This document shows, one piece after another, positions 30,577-39,392 of a DNA stretch of 64,000 nucleotides (within the stretch, counting starts at the first letter, position 1; every line of letters starts with the position of its first letter). Position numbers and translations under genes: made by a program. The notes under the pieces were generated by a model that worked only from the letters and a program-made list of their open reading frames with translations, was not told where the DNA came from and made no database searches. The stretch spans positions 148,473 to 212,472 of the forward strand of contig JAGYKL010000001.1 of the NCBI GenBank assembly GCA_018401705.1, written 5' to 3'. Origin of the DNA: Bacteroidia bacterium (GTDB lineage Bacteria > Bacteroidota > Bacteroidia > M30B66).

Positions 30577-32757
30577 ATGAAACACATTTTCTATTCAGCT
30601 TGTCTTATAACAGCAGTATTGGGTGCACATTCACTTAATGCTCAGAGTTATCAGCGAGCTCAAGTACCTTCTTCTTTGAAGAATGTGAAATTAAAAAGAG
30701 CAGTTCACAATCATATGGGCGTGAATGAATCTCCAGCAATGCCATTAAGTGCGCCTAATCCAACTGTGCATGCCGGAAGTGCAAGAGCATTTGGTCCTGA
30801 AACAGTGATAGGGCAAACTTTTTACGACCTTCAAACCAATAATTCTATCAACTACAGATTAGAGAATTTTGGAGATGGAACCTTATCTGCTAGCTGGACT
30901 CACAGTAGCGTTGAAACAGTTGGTTGGGCTGATCGTGGTATGGCTTATCATCATTATGATGGTTCAGCTTGGACTAAACTTCCTGATTACGCTCAGGTTG
31001 ACAACATTAACAGAGTAGAAGACGTAAGAACAGGCTTTGGTTCTCTTGCTCGTGTTCAAGGTGTTGGTGACATCATTGTTTCTCACCAAACAGCAATTAA
31101 TGCACTTCAGGTTAGCAGAAACACTAGCTTCACAGAAGAAAACTGGATTATTGATGCTAGAACTGAAATGCCTTTAATCTGGCCAAGAATGAGAGTTGGT
31201 GGTCCTGATGGAAAAACTGTTCATATCATTGCACTTACTGAACCTGAAGGTGGAACATTTACTGGAACTCCTTTTAATGGAATTAATGGTGCACTTCTTT
31301 ACAACCGTTCAACTGATGGCGGCCAGTCATTTGACAAATTGATGGTTCAACTACCAAATGTAGATTCTTCAATTTTCGCAAGCTTTGGAGGTGATTCTTA
31401 TGCTTTAGATGTAAGAGGAAACACAGTTGCTTTTGTTGCCGGTGATTTAACTTCACGTGTTGAAATGTGGAAGTCTATCGATAATGGCGAAACTTGGACA
31501 AGCAGAACGGTATTACCTTTCCCTTATGAGCCATGGAGCGACCAGTTAACTGACTTTGATGGCGATGGTGATTCTGATTCAGTACTTGTAAATCAAACAA
31601 TCGTAAGCATCGATACTACTTTCACTGATATTACAGAGTATACTACTGAAGTTGATTCTATGGCTATTGATTCAACCTATGAATATATCTTAGATTCAGA
31701 AATGGTAATTATTGATTCATTCTATGTTTACACCTATGAATACGATACTACAATAGTTGATTCAATGACAACCACAATTATTTCTGATATCGATACTACC
31801 TTCGAAGGTGGTGAATTCGTTTTAGAATCAGTTTCTGTAAGTGATGGTACATTCTCAATTATCATTGACCAAAACGACAAAGTTCACGTTTGGTTTGGTG
31901 CTATGGAAATGCAAAATGACGATGCAACCGACGATCAGGTTTCTTACTTCCCATTCCAGGAAGGTATTCGTTACTGGAATGAAGATTTCGACTTAGATTC
32001 ATTACCTGAATATATATTAGGTACTGTTGATGATGATGAAAATGGCATTTTAGATGTTGAAGCTCGTTTTGCTAACAACACGGTGCCTTACGGAACAGGA
32101 TTAACAAGTTTCCCAAGTGCTGGTATTGATGCAGATGGGAACTTATATGTTTCTTATGCATCAACAAAAGAAGGTGTAGATTACTTATACCTTGGTGAAG
32201 GACCTAGTTTCCGTCACATCTATCTTTCTAAATCAACTGATGGTGGTGCAACTTGGTCAGACCCTGTTGATGTTGTAGATGACGAAAACGCTGGATTTGA
32301 TCAATTTGCAGAATATGCGTATTGCTCAGTTGCTAGATTAGTTGATAATAACATTCACCTTCTTTACCAAAGAGATTACACTCCTGGTTCTGCAGTAACT
32401 CTTGATGATGCAAGTGTGCATCCATTTGATATTCCTAATGATATCATTTACTTGCCAATTACTAAGAATCTTGTTAGCGTTAAAGAAGTAGCAAATAGCG
32501 TTTCTGACTTGGCTTTACTTCCAAATCCAGCAAATGAAAACACTACACTTAGATTTAAATTAGAAGAGTCTGCTGATGTTACTATCAGTGTGCTAAACAT
32601 GCTTGGTCAAGAAGTATCATTAATTTCTTCTCAAAAAGCAGCTCCTGGTGTTCATAATGTTGACTTAGGAACTTCTGAATTACCTTCCGGGATTTACCTA
32701 GTAAATGTTCAGGCTGGCTCTAAAACAAGTACAACTAAACTTGTTGTTAGACACTAA
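30577..32757 (+). CDS. T9SS type A sorted protein with BNR/Asp-box repeats and a D/T-rich insert
   Basis: Signal peptide; STDGG, SIDNG and STDGG Asp-boxes; CTD PNPA..NMLGQ..SGIYLV..TKLVV. Confidence 0.85.
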   Translation: MKHIFYSACLITAVLGAHSLNAQSYQRAQVPSSLKNVKLKRAVHNHMGVNESPAMPLSAPNPTVHAGSARAFGPETVIGQTFYDLQTNNSINYRLENFGDGTLSASWTHSSVETVGWADRGMAYHHYDGSAWTKLPDYAQVDNINRVEDVRTGFGSLARVQGVGDIIVSHQTAINALQVSRNTSFTEENWIIDARTEMPLIWPRMRVGGPDGKTVHIIALTEPEGGTFTGTPFNGINGALLYNRSTDGGQSFDKLMVQLPNVDSSIFASFGGDSYALDVRGNTVAFVAGDLTSRVEMWKSIDNGETWTSRTVLPFPYEPWSDQLTDFDGDGDSDSVLVNQTIVSIDTTFTDITEYTTEVDSMAIDSTYEYILDSEMVIIDSFYVYTYEYDTTIVDSMTTTIISDIDTTFEGGEFVLESVSVSDGTFSIIIDQNDKVHVWFGAMEMQNDDATDDQVSYFPFQEGIRYWNEDFDLDSLPEYILGTVDDDENGILDVEARFANNTVPYGTGLTSFPSAGIDADGNLYVSYASTKEGVDYLYLGEGPSFRHIYLSKSTDGGATWSDPVDVVDDENAGFDQFAEYAYCSVARLVDNNIHLLYQRDYTPGSAVTLDDASVHPFDIPNDIIYLPITKNLVSVKEVANSVSDLALLPNPANENTTLRFKLEESADVTISVLNMLGQEVSLISSQKAAPGVHNVDLGTSELPSGIYLVNVQAGSKTSTTKLVVRH

Positions 32758-32776
32758 TAAATATTAATTCTACCAC

Positions 32777-32819
32777 AAAAAGGCGCCCTTTAGATTTTAT
32801 CTAAAGGGCGCCTTTTTTT
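32777..32819. terminator. Bidirectional intrinsic terminator
   Basis: AAAAAGGCGCCCTTTAGAT/ATCTAAAGGGCGCCTTTTT between convergent genes. Confidence 0.9.
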
Positions 32820-32834
32820 GATGCTATTTTGAAC

Positions 32835-33545
32835 CTAATAAAGAGAAGAAATATCTTTTACTCCAGGAGTTCTGATGACCAAAAATGGCTCACCATATTT
32901 AAACCCGGCTTGCAAGCCAAATTCAGCTGCGCGATAAGTTATCGCATTAAAAAAATCCTCTGATGCAATTAGTGTTTTAGGCTCATCAGATTCTGGATTC
33001 CAAAACTGTGATTTATGAGCTGTTATGCTCCTTAATTTTTCATCCATCACATCTGTGATGTCATAAATGAAATGTGGAGTATGGTGGTAAAACTGTATAT
33101 ACTGATACAACGCTTTTGGCCTCCAACGCTCAGTTGGAATTCCTTCACCCTGGTATTTTATAAGCCCGGAAAGAAAACAAGACTCCTCAACTAGTTTTGC
33201 AGCTCTTCCATGATCAGGATGCCTGTCGTAAGGTGCATTGGTTATTACAATGTCAGGCTGATAAGTTCTTATGCATGAAATAATCTTGGCTTTATTTTCC
33301 TCGTTCAATTCGAATTTGCCATCCGGCATTCCCAAATTTAACCTCACTGATGCCTTAATAATTGCAGCTGCGTTTTGTGCTTCTTGATCACGAATAGCCA
33401 CTGTGCCGCGACTTCCAAGTTCACCTTTAGTTAAATCTATCAGTCCAACTTTTTTCCCTTTCTGAGCTTCAGCGATTAATAATCCACCGCAACCAAGTTC
33501 AATATCATCGGGATGAGCTCCAAAAGCCAGAATATCAAGTTTCAT
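32835..33545 (-). CDS. bshB1: Bacillithiol biosynthesis deacetylase BshB1
   Basis: MKLDILAFGAHPDDIELGCGG, DLTKGELGSRG, DRHPDHG. Confidence 0.9.
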   Translation of the reverse strand: MKLDILAFGAHPDDIELGCGGLLIAEAQKGKKVGLIDLTKGELGSRGTVAIRDQEAQNAAAIIKASVRLNLGMPDGKFELNEENKAKIISCIRTYQPDIVITNAPYDRHPDHGRAAKLVEESCFLSGLIKYQGEGIPTERWRPKALYQYIQFYHHTPHFIYDITDVMDEKLRSITAHKSQFWNPESDEPKTLIASEDFFNAITYRAAEFGLQAGFKYGEPFLVIRTPGVKDISSLY

Positions 33546-33617
33546 GTTTTGATTTTGAGCAAAAGTAAGTTAATTCAAATTGATAGTCAGAACATCAATT
33601 TTTGTAGGTTTGGGCAT

Positions 33618-35018
33618 ATGAAAATTCATTTCCATGGAGCTGCTCAAACCGTTACAGGCAGCAAGCATCTTATTGAGTTCGGCTCTCAAAAAGTTCTGCT
33701 AGACTGCGGCTTGTTTCAGGGTCATGGCAAAGACAGTGATGTTTTAAACCGTCATTTTGGATTTGCGCCAAATGAAGTTGATGCAGTTATTCTTTCACAT
33801 GCACATATTGATCATTCTGGCTTACTGCCTGCTTTAGTTGATCAAGGTTTTAATGGGCCCATCTACTGCACTCCAGCAACCCGCGACCTTTGTGCCATTA
33901 TGCTAGAAGATTCAGCTCATATTCAGGAAAGTGATATTAAATATCTAAATAAACGCAGACGAGCTCAAGGAAAAACTCCTCTTAAGCCTCTTTACACATC
34001 TGAAGATGTTGGTAAAACTCTAAGACTTTTTAAGGAGATAGATTATGATACGAAATTCGAGGCTCTTGAAAACCTTAACTGCATATTTACAGATGCTGGC
34101 CATATTATTGGTTCTGCAATCGTAAATCTTGAAATTATCGAAGGAGACAAAACTGTTGCTCTCGCTTTTACTGGAGATATTGGTCGACAAAATCCACGAA
34201 TCATAAGAAAACCCCAAGCATTCCCACAATGCGACGTGCTTATTACAGAATCGACCTATGGAGACAAATTGCATGATGAAGAAACCCAAAGTATAGATGA
34301 GCTTCTCAGGATTGTAATCGAAACTTGCGTAATGAAGAGGGGTAAATTAATCATCCCCGCTTTCAGCGTGGGAAGAACACAGGAAATTGTATATGCTCTC
34401 GACAGACTGTCTACTCAAGGTCGATTGCCGGAAATCCCTGTTTTTGTTGATAGTCCGCTCTCAACGAATGCAACTGATATCATGCGAGATCACCCAGAAT
34501 GCTTTAATCAATCGGTACTTGATTACATGAAAGGCGATCCGGATCCCTTTGGCTTTAAAAAGCTTAAATACATCAGAGAAGTCTCTGAAAGTAAGGAATT
34601 GAATCAATCTCAAATACCAAGTATAATTATTTCGGCTTCAGGCATGGCCGAAGCTGGAAGAATCAAACATCATATCGCCAATAATATTGGTAAACCTTCA
34701 ACTACAATTCTCATTGTTGGTCATTGTGAGGAAGGTTCTTTGGGTGCACGTTTAGCCCGTAAAGATGAAAAAGTGAGGATTTTCGGAGAAGAGTATTACC
34801 GCAAAGCTCATGTAGAAGTAATGGGCTCTTTTAGTGCTCACGGAGATTACAATGAAATGATTGAAACTCTTTCTTGTCAGGATTTTTCGAAAATCAAGCA
34901 GACTTTTTTAGTACATGGCGATTTTGACACTCAACAAATCTGGGCAGAACGATTAAGTGCTATCGGGTTTTCAAATATTGTCATCCCTGCCAAAGGCAGT
35001 GAATACGAACTCCTATGA
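33618..35018 (+). CDS. MBL-fold beta-CASP metallo-hydrolase (RNase-like)
   Basis: GAAQTVTGS, SHAHIDH, ESTYG, PAFSVGRTQE, FSAHGD; ATG 33618. Confidence 0.92.
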   Translation: MKIHFHGAAQTVTGSKHLIEFGSQKVLLDCGLFQGHGKDSDVLNRHFGFAPNEVDAVILSHAHIDHSGLLPALVDQGFNGPIYCTPATRDLCAIMLEDSAHIQESDIKYLNKRRRAQGKTPLKPLYTSEDVGKTLRLFKEIDYDTKFEALENLNCIFTDAGHIIGSAIVNLEIIEGDKTVALAFTGDIGRQNPRIIRKPQAFPQCDVLITESTYGDKLHDEETQSIDELLRIVIETCVMKRGKLIIPAFSVGRTQEIVYALDRLSTQGRLPEIPVFVDSPLSTNATDIMRDHPECFNQSVLDYMKGDPDPFGFKKLKYIREVSESKELNQSQIPSIIISASGMAEAGRIKHHIANNIGKPSTTILIVGHCEEGSLGARLARKDEKVRIFGEEYYRKAHVEVMGSFSAHGDYNEMIETLSCQDFSKIKQTFLVHGDFDTQQIWAERLSAIGFSNIVIPAKGSEYELL

Positions 35019-35680
35019 AGCTGCTGCTCAAAGAAATAAGATTACTCTTAATCAGAGACATTCAACTTGAGTGGAAACAAAAATATGCTCTGAACGGGCT
35101 GTTTTTATATGTTTTCTCAACAATTTACGTGTGCTATTTGTCTTTCAAATCTCTAGTTGATGTACCTACTTGGAATGCCCTTTTATGGATAATCTTACTG
35201 TTTACAGCAGTTAATGCAACTTCAAAAAGCTTCTCAACCGAAAGTAAAGGTCGATTACTTTATTATTATACCCTTGCCGGCGCTCCTGCTGTTATTCTAT
35301 CTAAAATGATTTACAATGCCGGACTGATGTTTCTAATTTCTATTGCCGGTTATCTCATTTACAGCTTACTCATTGGTGATTTGGTGCAGGATAAACCTTG
35401 GTTTATATTAGCACTGCTCTTAGGCAGCACAGGCTTTTCATCCGTTTTAACGCTTGTTGCAGGTATAGCTTCAAAAGCAAATAACAGTGGAACTTTAATG
35501 GCAATACTTAGCTTCCCAGTGCTTATTCCTATGCTTATTGTGCTTATTCGTTTCTCGAAGAATGCAGTTGACGGGCTCGACCATTCGGTGCAAATGCCTT
35601 ATCTGTTTGCACTTATCAGCATAAATATAATTGTAATAGCCCTTGCCCGAATTCTATATCCATTTCTCTGGAAAAACTAA
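35015..35680 (+). CDS. ccmB: Heme exporter protein CcmB
   Basis: WNALLWIILLF, LMAILSFPVLIP, C-terminal PFLW. Confidence 0.8.
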   Translation: MKLLLKEIRLLLIRDIQLEWKQKYALNGLFLYVFSTIYVCYLSFKSLVDVPTWNALLWIILLFTAVNATSKSFSTESKGRLLYYYTLAGAPAVILSKMIYNAGLMFLISIAGYLIYSLLIGDLVQDKPWFILALLLGSTGFSSVLTLVAGIASKANNSGTLMAILSFPVLIPMLIVLIRFSKNAVDGLDHSVQMPYLFALISINIIVIALARILYPFLWKN

Positions 35681-35804
35681 TTGTATCATGTAAGTTCTAA
35701 TGAAAAGCTAATCTGCGCTCTGTTCAGAAAATAGTTAATATTCCAATTCAGAAGCATCAAAGGGCTTCTTGGCTTTTAATAAATTAACTGAATAAATCAG
35801 AAGC

Positions 35805-38800
35805 ATGAAATTAGTTATTACATCTATTTCGATATTCTTATCAATCATTCTGCAGGCGCAGAATTACGAAATCCCTGCTAATCTCAGCAAATCTGATTTT
35901 GTAGGTGGAAAGCTTATTGTAAAATTCAAGCCCGAGCACAGCGAAATAGCCTCGCAAGCTTTTAATAGTGCCGCGTATTTGTCAGAAATAGCTGCTCAAC
36001 TTCAATTAAGTGATGTAAGAAAAAATTTTCCCGGTGCAAAAAAACCGGCAAAACCATTCAATGATAAAGGACAAAAACTAAGTGATTTAAGTCTCTATTA
36101 CGAGTTGAGCTATCCCGCTGAAAGCGATATCTATGAAATCGCTCGCAAACTTAATCACAGTGGATATTTTGATGTTGTTCAACCTCGCTTTGTAAATAAG
36201 CCTATGGCTGAACCCAATGACCCACAAATTGCACAACAATATCACCATGCGATTATTAAAACCTTTGAAGCTTGGGATGTTGAAGAAGGCGATACCACAG
36301 TGCTTATTGGTATAACAGACGCAGGAATTCAGTTTGATCACGAAGATTTAGGAAACTGGCAATACAACTATGCAGATCCTGAAAATGGATTAGATGATGA
36401 TAACAATGGCTATATAGATGACATTGCTGGATGGAATACGGCTTCTAATACAAATGACCCAACTGCTACTCTATCGCCACATGGAATGTTTACAACAGGT
36501 CTTAGCAGTGCTACGGTAAATAATGGTTTAGGCATTGCAGGCAATGGAAATAAGTGTCGATTCGTACCAATTAGAATTGACGATGCCAATGGATTTTCAT
36601 ACGGTTACGAAGGAATTGTTTATGCAGCCGACAGAGGTTGTCAGATTATTAATGCTAGCTGGGGAAGCACATTCTACAATCCAATGGCTCTTGATGTAGT
36701 AAACTACGCTACCGTTAATAATGACGCACTTATAATTGCAGCTTCTGGAAACTCCGGATTAAATGAAATCTATTACCCTGCTTCATACCCCGGTGTAATG
36801 AGCGTTGGAGCAACAGGACCAACAGACCTCATTTGGCCTGAATCTACTTTTGGTCCTTATGTTGACATTGTGGCTCCCGGAGAATTGCTCCGCTCAACCT
36901 GGCCTTTTAACGGATATGATATAAGCTCAGGAACCTCTTTCTCTGCTCCACTTGTGGCCGGAGCTGCAGCTTTAGTAAAAAGTCATTTTCCTCAATATTC
37001 GGCTCAGCAAATCGCAGAAAGGCTTCGTGTAACTGCTGATACTTCATTGTTTGCTTTAGCAGGAAATGATACAGTTAGAGAATTTATGGGAGCCGGCAGA
37101 TTAAATATGTTACGCGCATTAACCGACCCTGAAACACCATCGATAAGAATACTCAATGAAGCTTTTAGCGATGCTAATGATGATGTTTTTTTGATTGGAG
37201 ATACCATTCGTATTTCTGGAGCTTTATTCAATTATCTTGATGCTGCCAGCAATTTGCAAGTTGAATTAAGCTGTCTATCGCCATTCATAGAAATTGTTGA
37301 TGCAAACTTTGATGCAGGAGCTATTGCTGGCTCTGCCTCAGTTGCTTTGCCTGAAAATTCTCTATCATTTAAAATTCTGGATGGAGCTCCTTACAACTTT
37401 GACGTTGTTTTACGTCTTGATTATTCTGATTCAGGTTATCATGGTTTTGAATATATCATGGTTAGAGTTAATCGCGATTATCTTAATATCACTTCAAATA
37501 GCTTGCTGGCAACAGTAACTTCTAGAGGTAACATTGGATATAATGCCGATTACGCGGCTGAAGGTTCCGGAATTACTTTTAATGGAAGTGAAAGTCTAAT
37601 TTATTCTTCAACATTCATGTTGGGAACTTCAGCTGAATATACTGCCGACAACTCGTATTCATCTACTCTACCTGGCTATGACAATGATTTTATTAGATCA
37701 GCTGGAGCTGAATATTTTAACAATCAATCTGAAATAATTTCAGAGTTCTTTACCGATAGTGCAGCTGTTTCGCGTTTAGAAATCAATCAACGTGTTGTGG
37801 CGGCGCCTCTTGATGAGACCCTGAATTATATCAGGTACGTTTATTCAATCAGCAACACTGGTTCAGAATCTATAGAAGGATTGCATGCGGGGATTTTCAC
37901 CGATTGGGATTTACCTGTTGCAACAGCAAACACCGCAACTTTTAATCAAGAAAGTAAATTAAACTATGTTACCTCTTCAGAAGGAATTTATACAGGCTGG
38001 GTGCTTTTGAGTAATCAAGAAGCACATGCTTACAATTTCAATAATGACGGCACAGGGGGAAGCGCTACTCTTTACGACGGATTTAGTGATGAAGAAAAGT
38101 TTAATGCCCTTTCGGGCGAAGTAACCAGAAACTCTGCTACTGGCGAAATTTCAGCAATGATTGCTACAGATTCAATTTCTATAGCTCCGGGTGAAATAGT
38201 TAATGTTCGATTTGCTCTAGTAGCAGGAAACAGCGAGCAAGAGCTTATTGATGCTGCCAATGCAGCATTTGTCGAAGATCAATTTGAGCAGCTGGCTCCT
38301 GTGTTCGTAGCTGTTGGAGAAACATGTAATCAGAATGATGGATTTATTCAACTTTTCTGCGAACCAATTGCAAATGTGACTCTAAGGTTAATTGGGCCAC
38401 AAAATGATACACTTGCCCTTACTGAAGATATATTTGAATTTGAACTTTATAACCTAAGTGACGGTGCTTATTCATTGAATTTTGCTTTTGCAGATGCAGG
38501 AGAAGTGGTGGTTCCTTTTAACATTAATGCAGCTCCAACACCTCAGTTTACAGTTGAAGCCTCACAAACGGTGTTAGTCCTGCCAATTGCAAATGTAGAT
38601 TTTATAGCATCGTCTTCTGAAGAGCTCACTTATTTCTGGGATTTTGCTGATGGCAATACTTCTGAGGAACAAAACCCAATGCATACTTATACTCAGGAAG
38701 GAACTTTTGTGGTTTCATGTATAGCATCAAATGGAGCTTGCAGCGACACATCTTACATTGAGATGCTAGTTGGCAGTACAGTTAGCATTGTTGAGTATTT

Positions 38801-39044
38801 CCAATCATCAGAATCACACGTGATGCCTAATCCTGCAAATCAAATGGTGCAGATAAACACCCGAATAAATGATGACGTAACAGGAATCAGCATTTATGAT
38901 ATGTCTGGACGTATGGTGTCTAACACAACAGTATCAGGAAATCAGGCCTTCATTGAGACAAAGTATTTTCCAGAAGGACTTTATATGGTGTTCATTCAAA
39001 CATCTAAAGGAATACTTAGCGAAAAGTTGATGGTTAAACATTAG
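35805..39044 (+). CDS. S8 subtilase with PKD domain and T9SS CTD
   Basis: Triad motifs ITDAG, PHG, GTSFSAP; PKD motif WDFADG; PNPA..YDMSG..GLY..KL CTD. Confidence 0.92.
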   Translation: MKLVITSISIFLSIILQAQNYEIPANLSKSDFVGGKLIVKFKPEHSEIASQAFNSAAYLSEIAAQLQLSDVRKNFPGAKKPAKPFNDKGQKLSDLSLYYELSYPAESDIYEIARKLNHSGYFDVVQPRFVNKPMAEPNDPQIAQQYHHAIIKTFEAWDVEEGDTTVLIGITDAGIQFDHEDLGNWQYNYADPENGLDDDNNGYIDDIAGWNTASNTNDPTATLSPHGMFTTGLSSATVNNGLGIAGNGNKCRFVPIRIDDANGFSYGYEGIVYAADRGCQIINASWGSTFYNPMALDVVNYATVNNDALIIAASGNSGLNEIYYPASYPGVMSVGATGPTDLIWPESTFGPYVDIVAPGELLRSTWPFNGYDISSGTSFSAPLVAGAAALVKSHFPQYSAQQIAERLRVTADTSLFALAGNDTVREFMGAGRLNMLRALTDPETPSIRILNEAFSDANDDVFLIGDTIRISGALFNYLDAASNLQVELSCLSPFIEIVDANFDAGAIAGSASVALPENSLSFKILDGAPYNFDVVLRLDYSDSGYHGFEYIMVRVNRDYLNITSNSLLATVTSRGNIGYNADYAAEGSGITFNGSESLIYSSTFMLGTSAEYTADNSYSSTLPGYDNDFIRSAGAEYFNNQSEIISEFFTDSAAVSRLEINQRVVAAPLDETLNYIRYVYSISNTGSESIEGLHAGIFTDWDLPVATANTATFNQESKLNYVTSSEGIYTGWVLLSNQEAHAYNFNNDGTGGSATLYDGFSDEEKFNALSGEVTRNSATGEISAMIATDSISIAPGEIVNVRFALVAGNSEQELIDAANAAFVEDQFEQLAPVFVAVGETCNQNDGFIQLFCEPIANVTLRLIGPQNDTLALTEDIFEFELYNLSDGAYSLNFAFADAGEVVVPFNINAAPTPQFTVEASQTVLVLPIANVDFIASSSEELTYFWDFADGNTSEEQNPMHTYTQEGTFVVSCIASNGACSDTSYIEMLVGSTVSIVEYFQSSESHVMPNPANQMVQINTRINDDVTGISIYDMSGRMVSNTTVSGNQAFIETKYFPEGLYMVFIQTSKGILSEKLMVKH

Positions 39045-39184
39045 CATTTGATCTTAAGTTTCAAATTGAATATAGCTCAGTAATTTTGGCTAAATCTGTA
39101 GAATCTAGGATTTATAATCACTATAGGTCAATGGCTAAAAAAAGAATAAGAGCTATGCTCTTGGATATTTTCTTTTGAATTAAA

Positions 39185-39392
39185 TATCCCAGCGGCAGCT
39201 GGAAGATGAAACATGTCAACTGTTTTAGGTGCACTACCTTAATTAGTTATCCCAGCGATAGCTGGAAGATGAAACATGTCAACTGTTTTAGATAAATTAC
39301 CTTAATTGATTATCCCAGCGGTGACTGGAAGATAAAAACATGTCAACTGTTTTAGGTAAATACCTTAATTGATTATCCCAGCGGCAGCTGGA
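39185..39392. repeat. 63-bp tandem repeat, three full copies plus one partial
   Basis: TATCCCAGCG begins at 39185, 39248, 39311 and 39374; invariant core AAACATGTCAACTGTTTTAG. Confidence 0.95.

Noticed and set aside
39185-39392. CRISPR array
   Set aside because: No unique spacers; the whole 63-bp unit is repeated, and no cas genes are present
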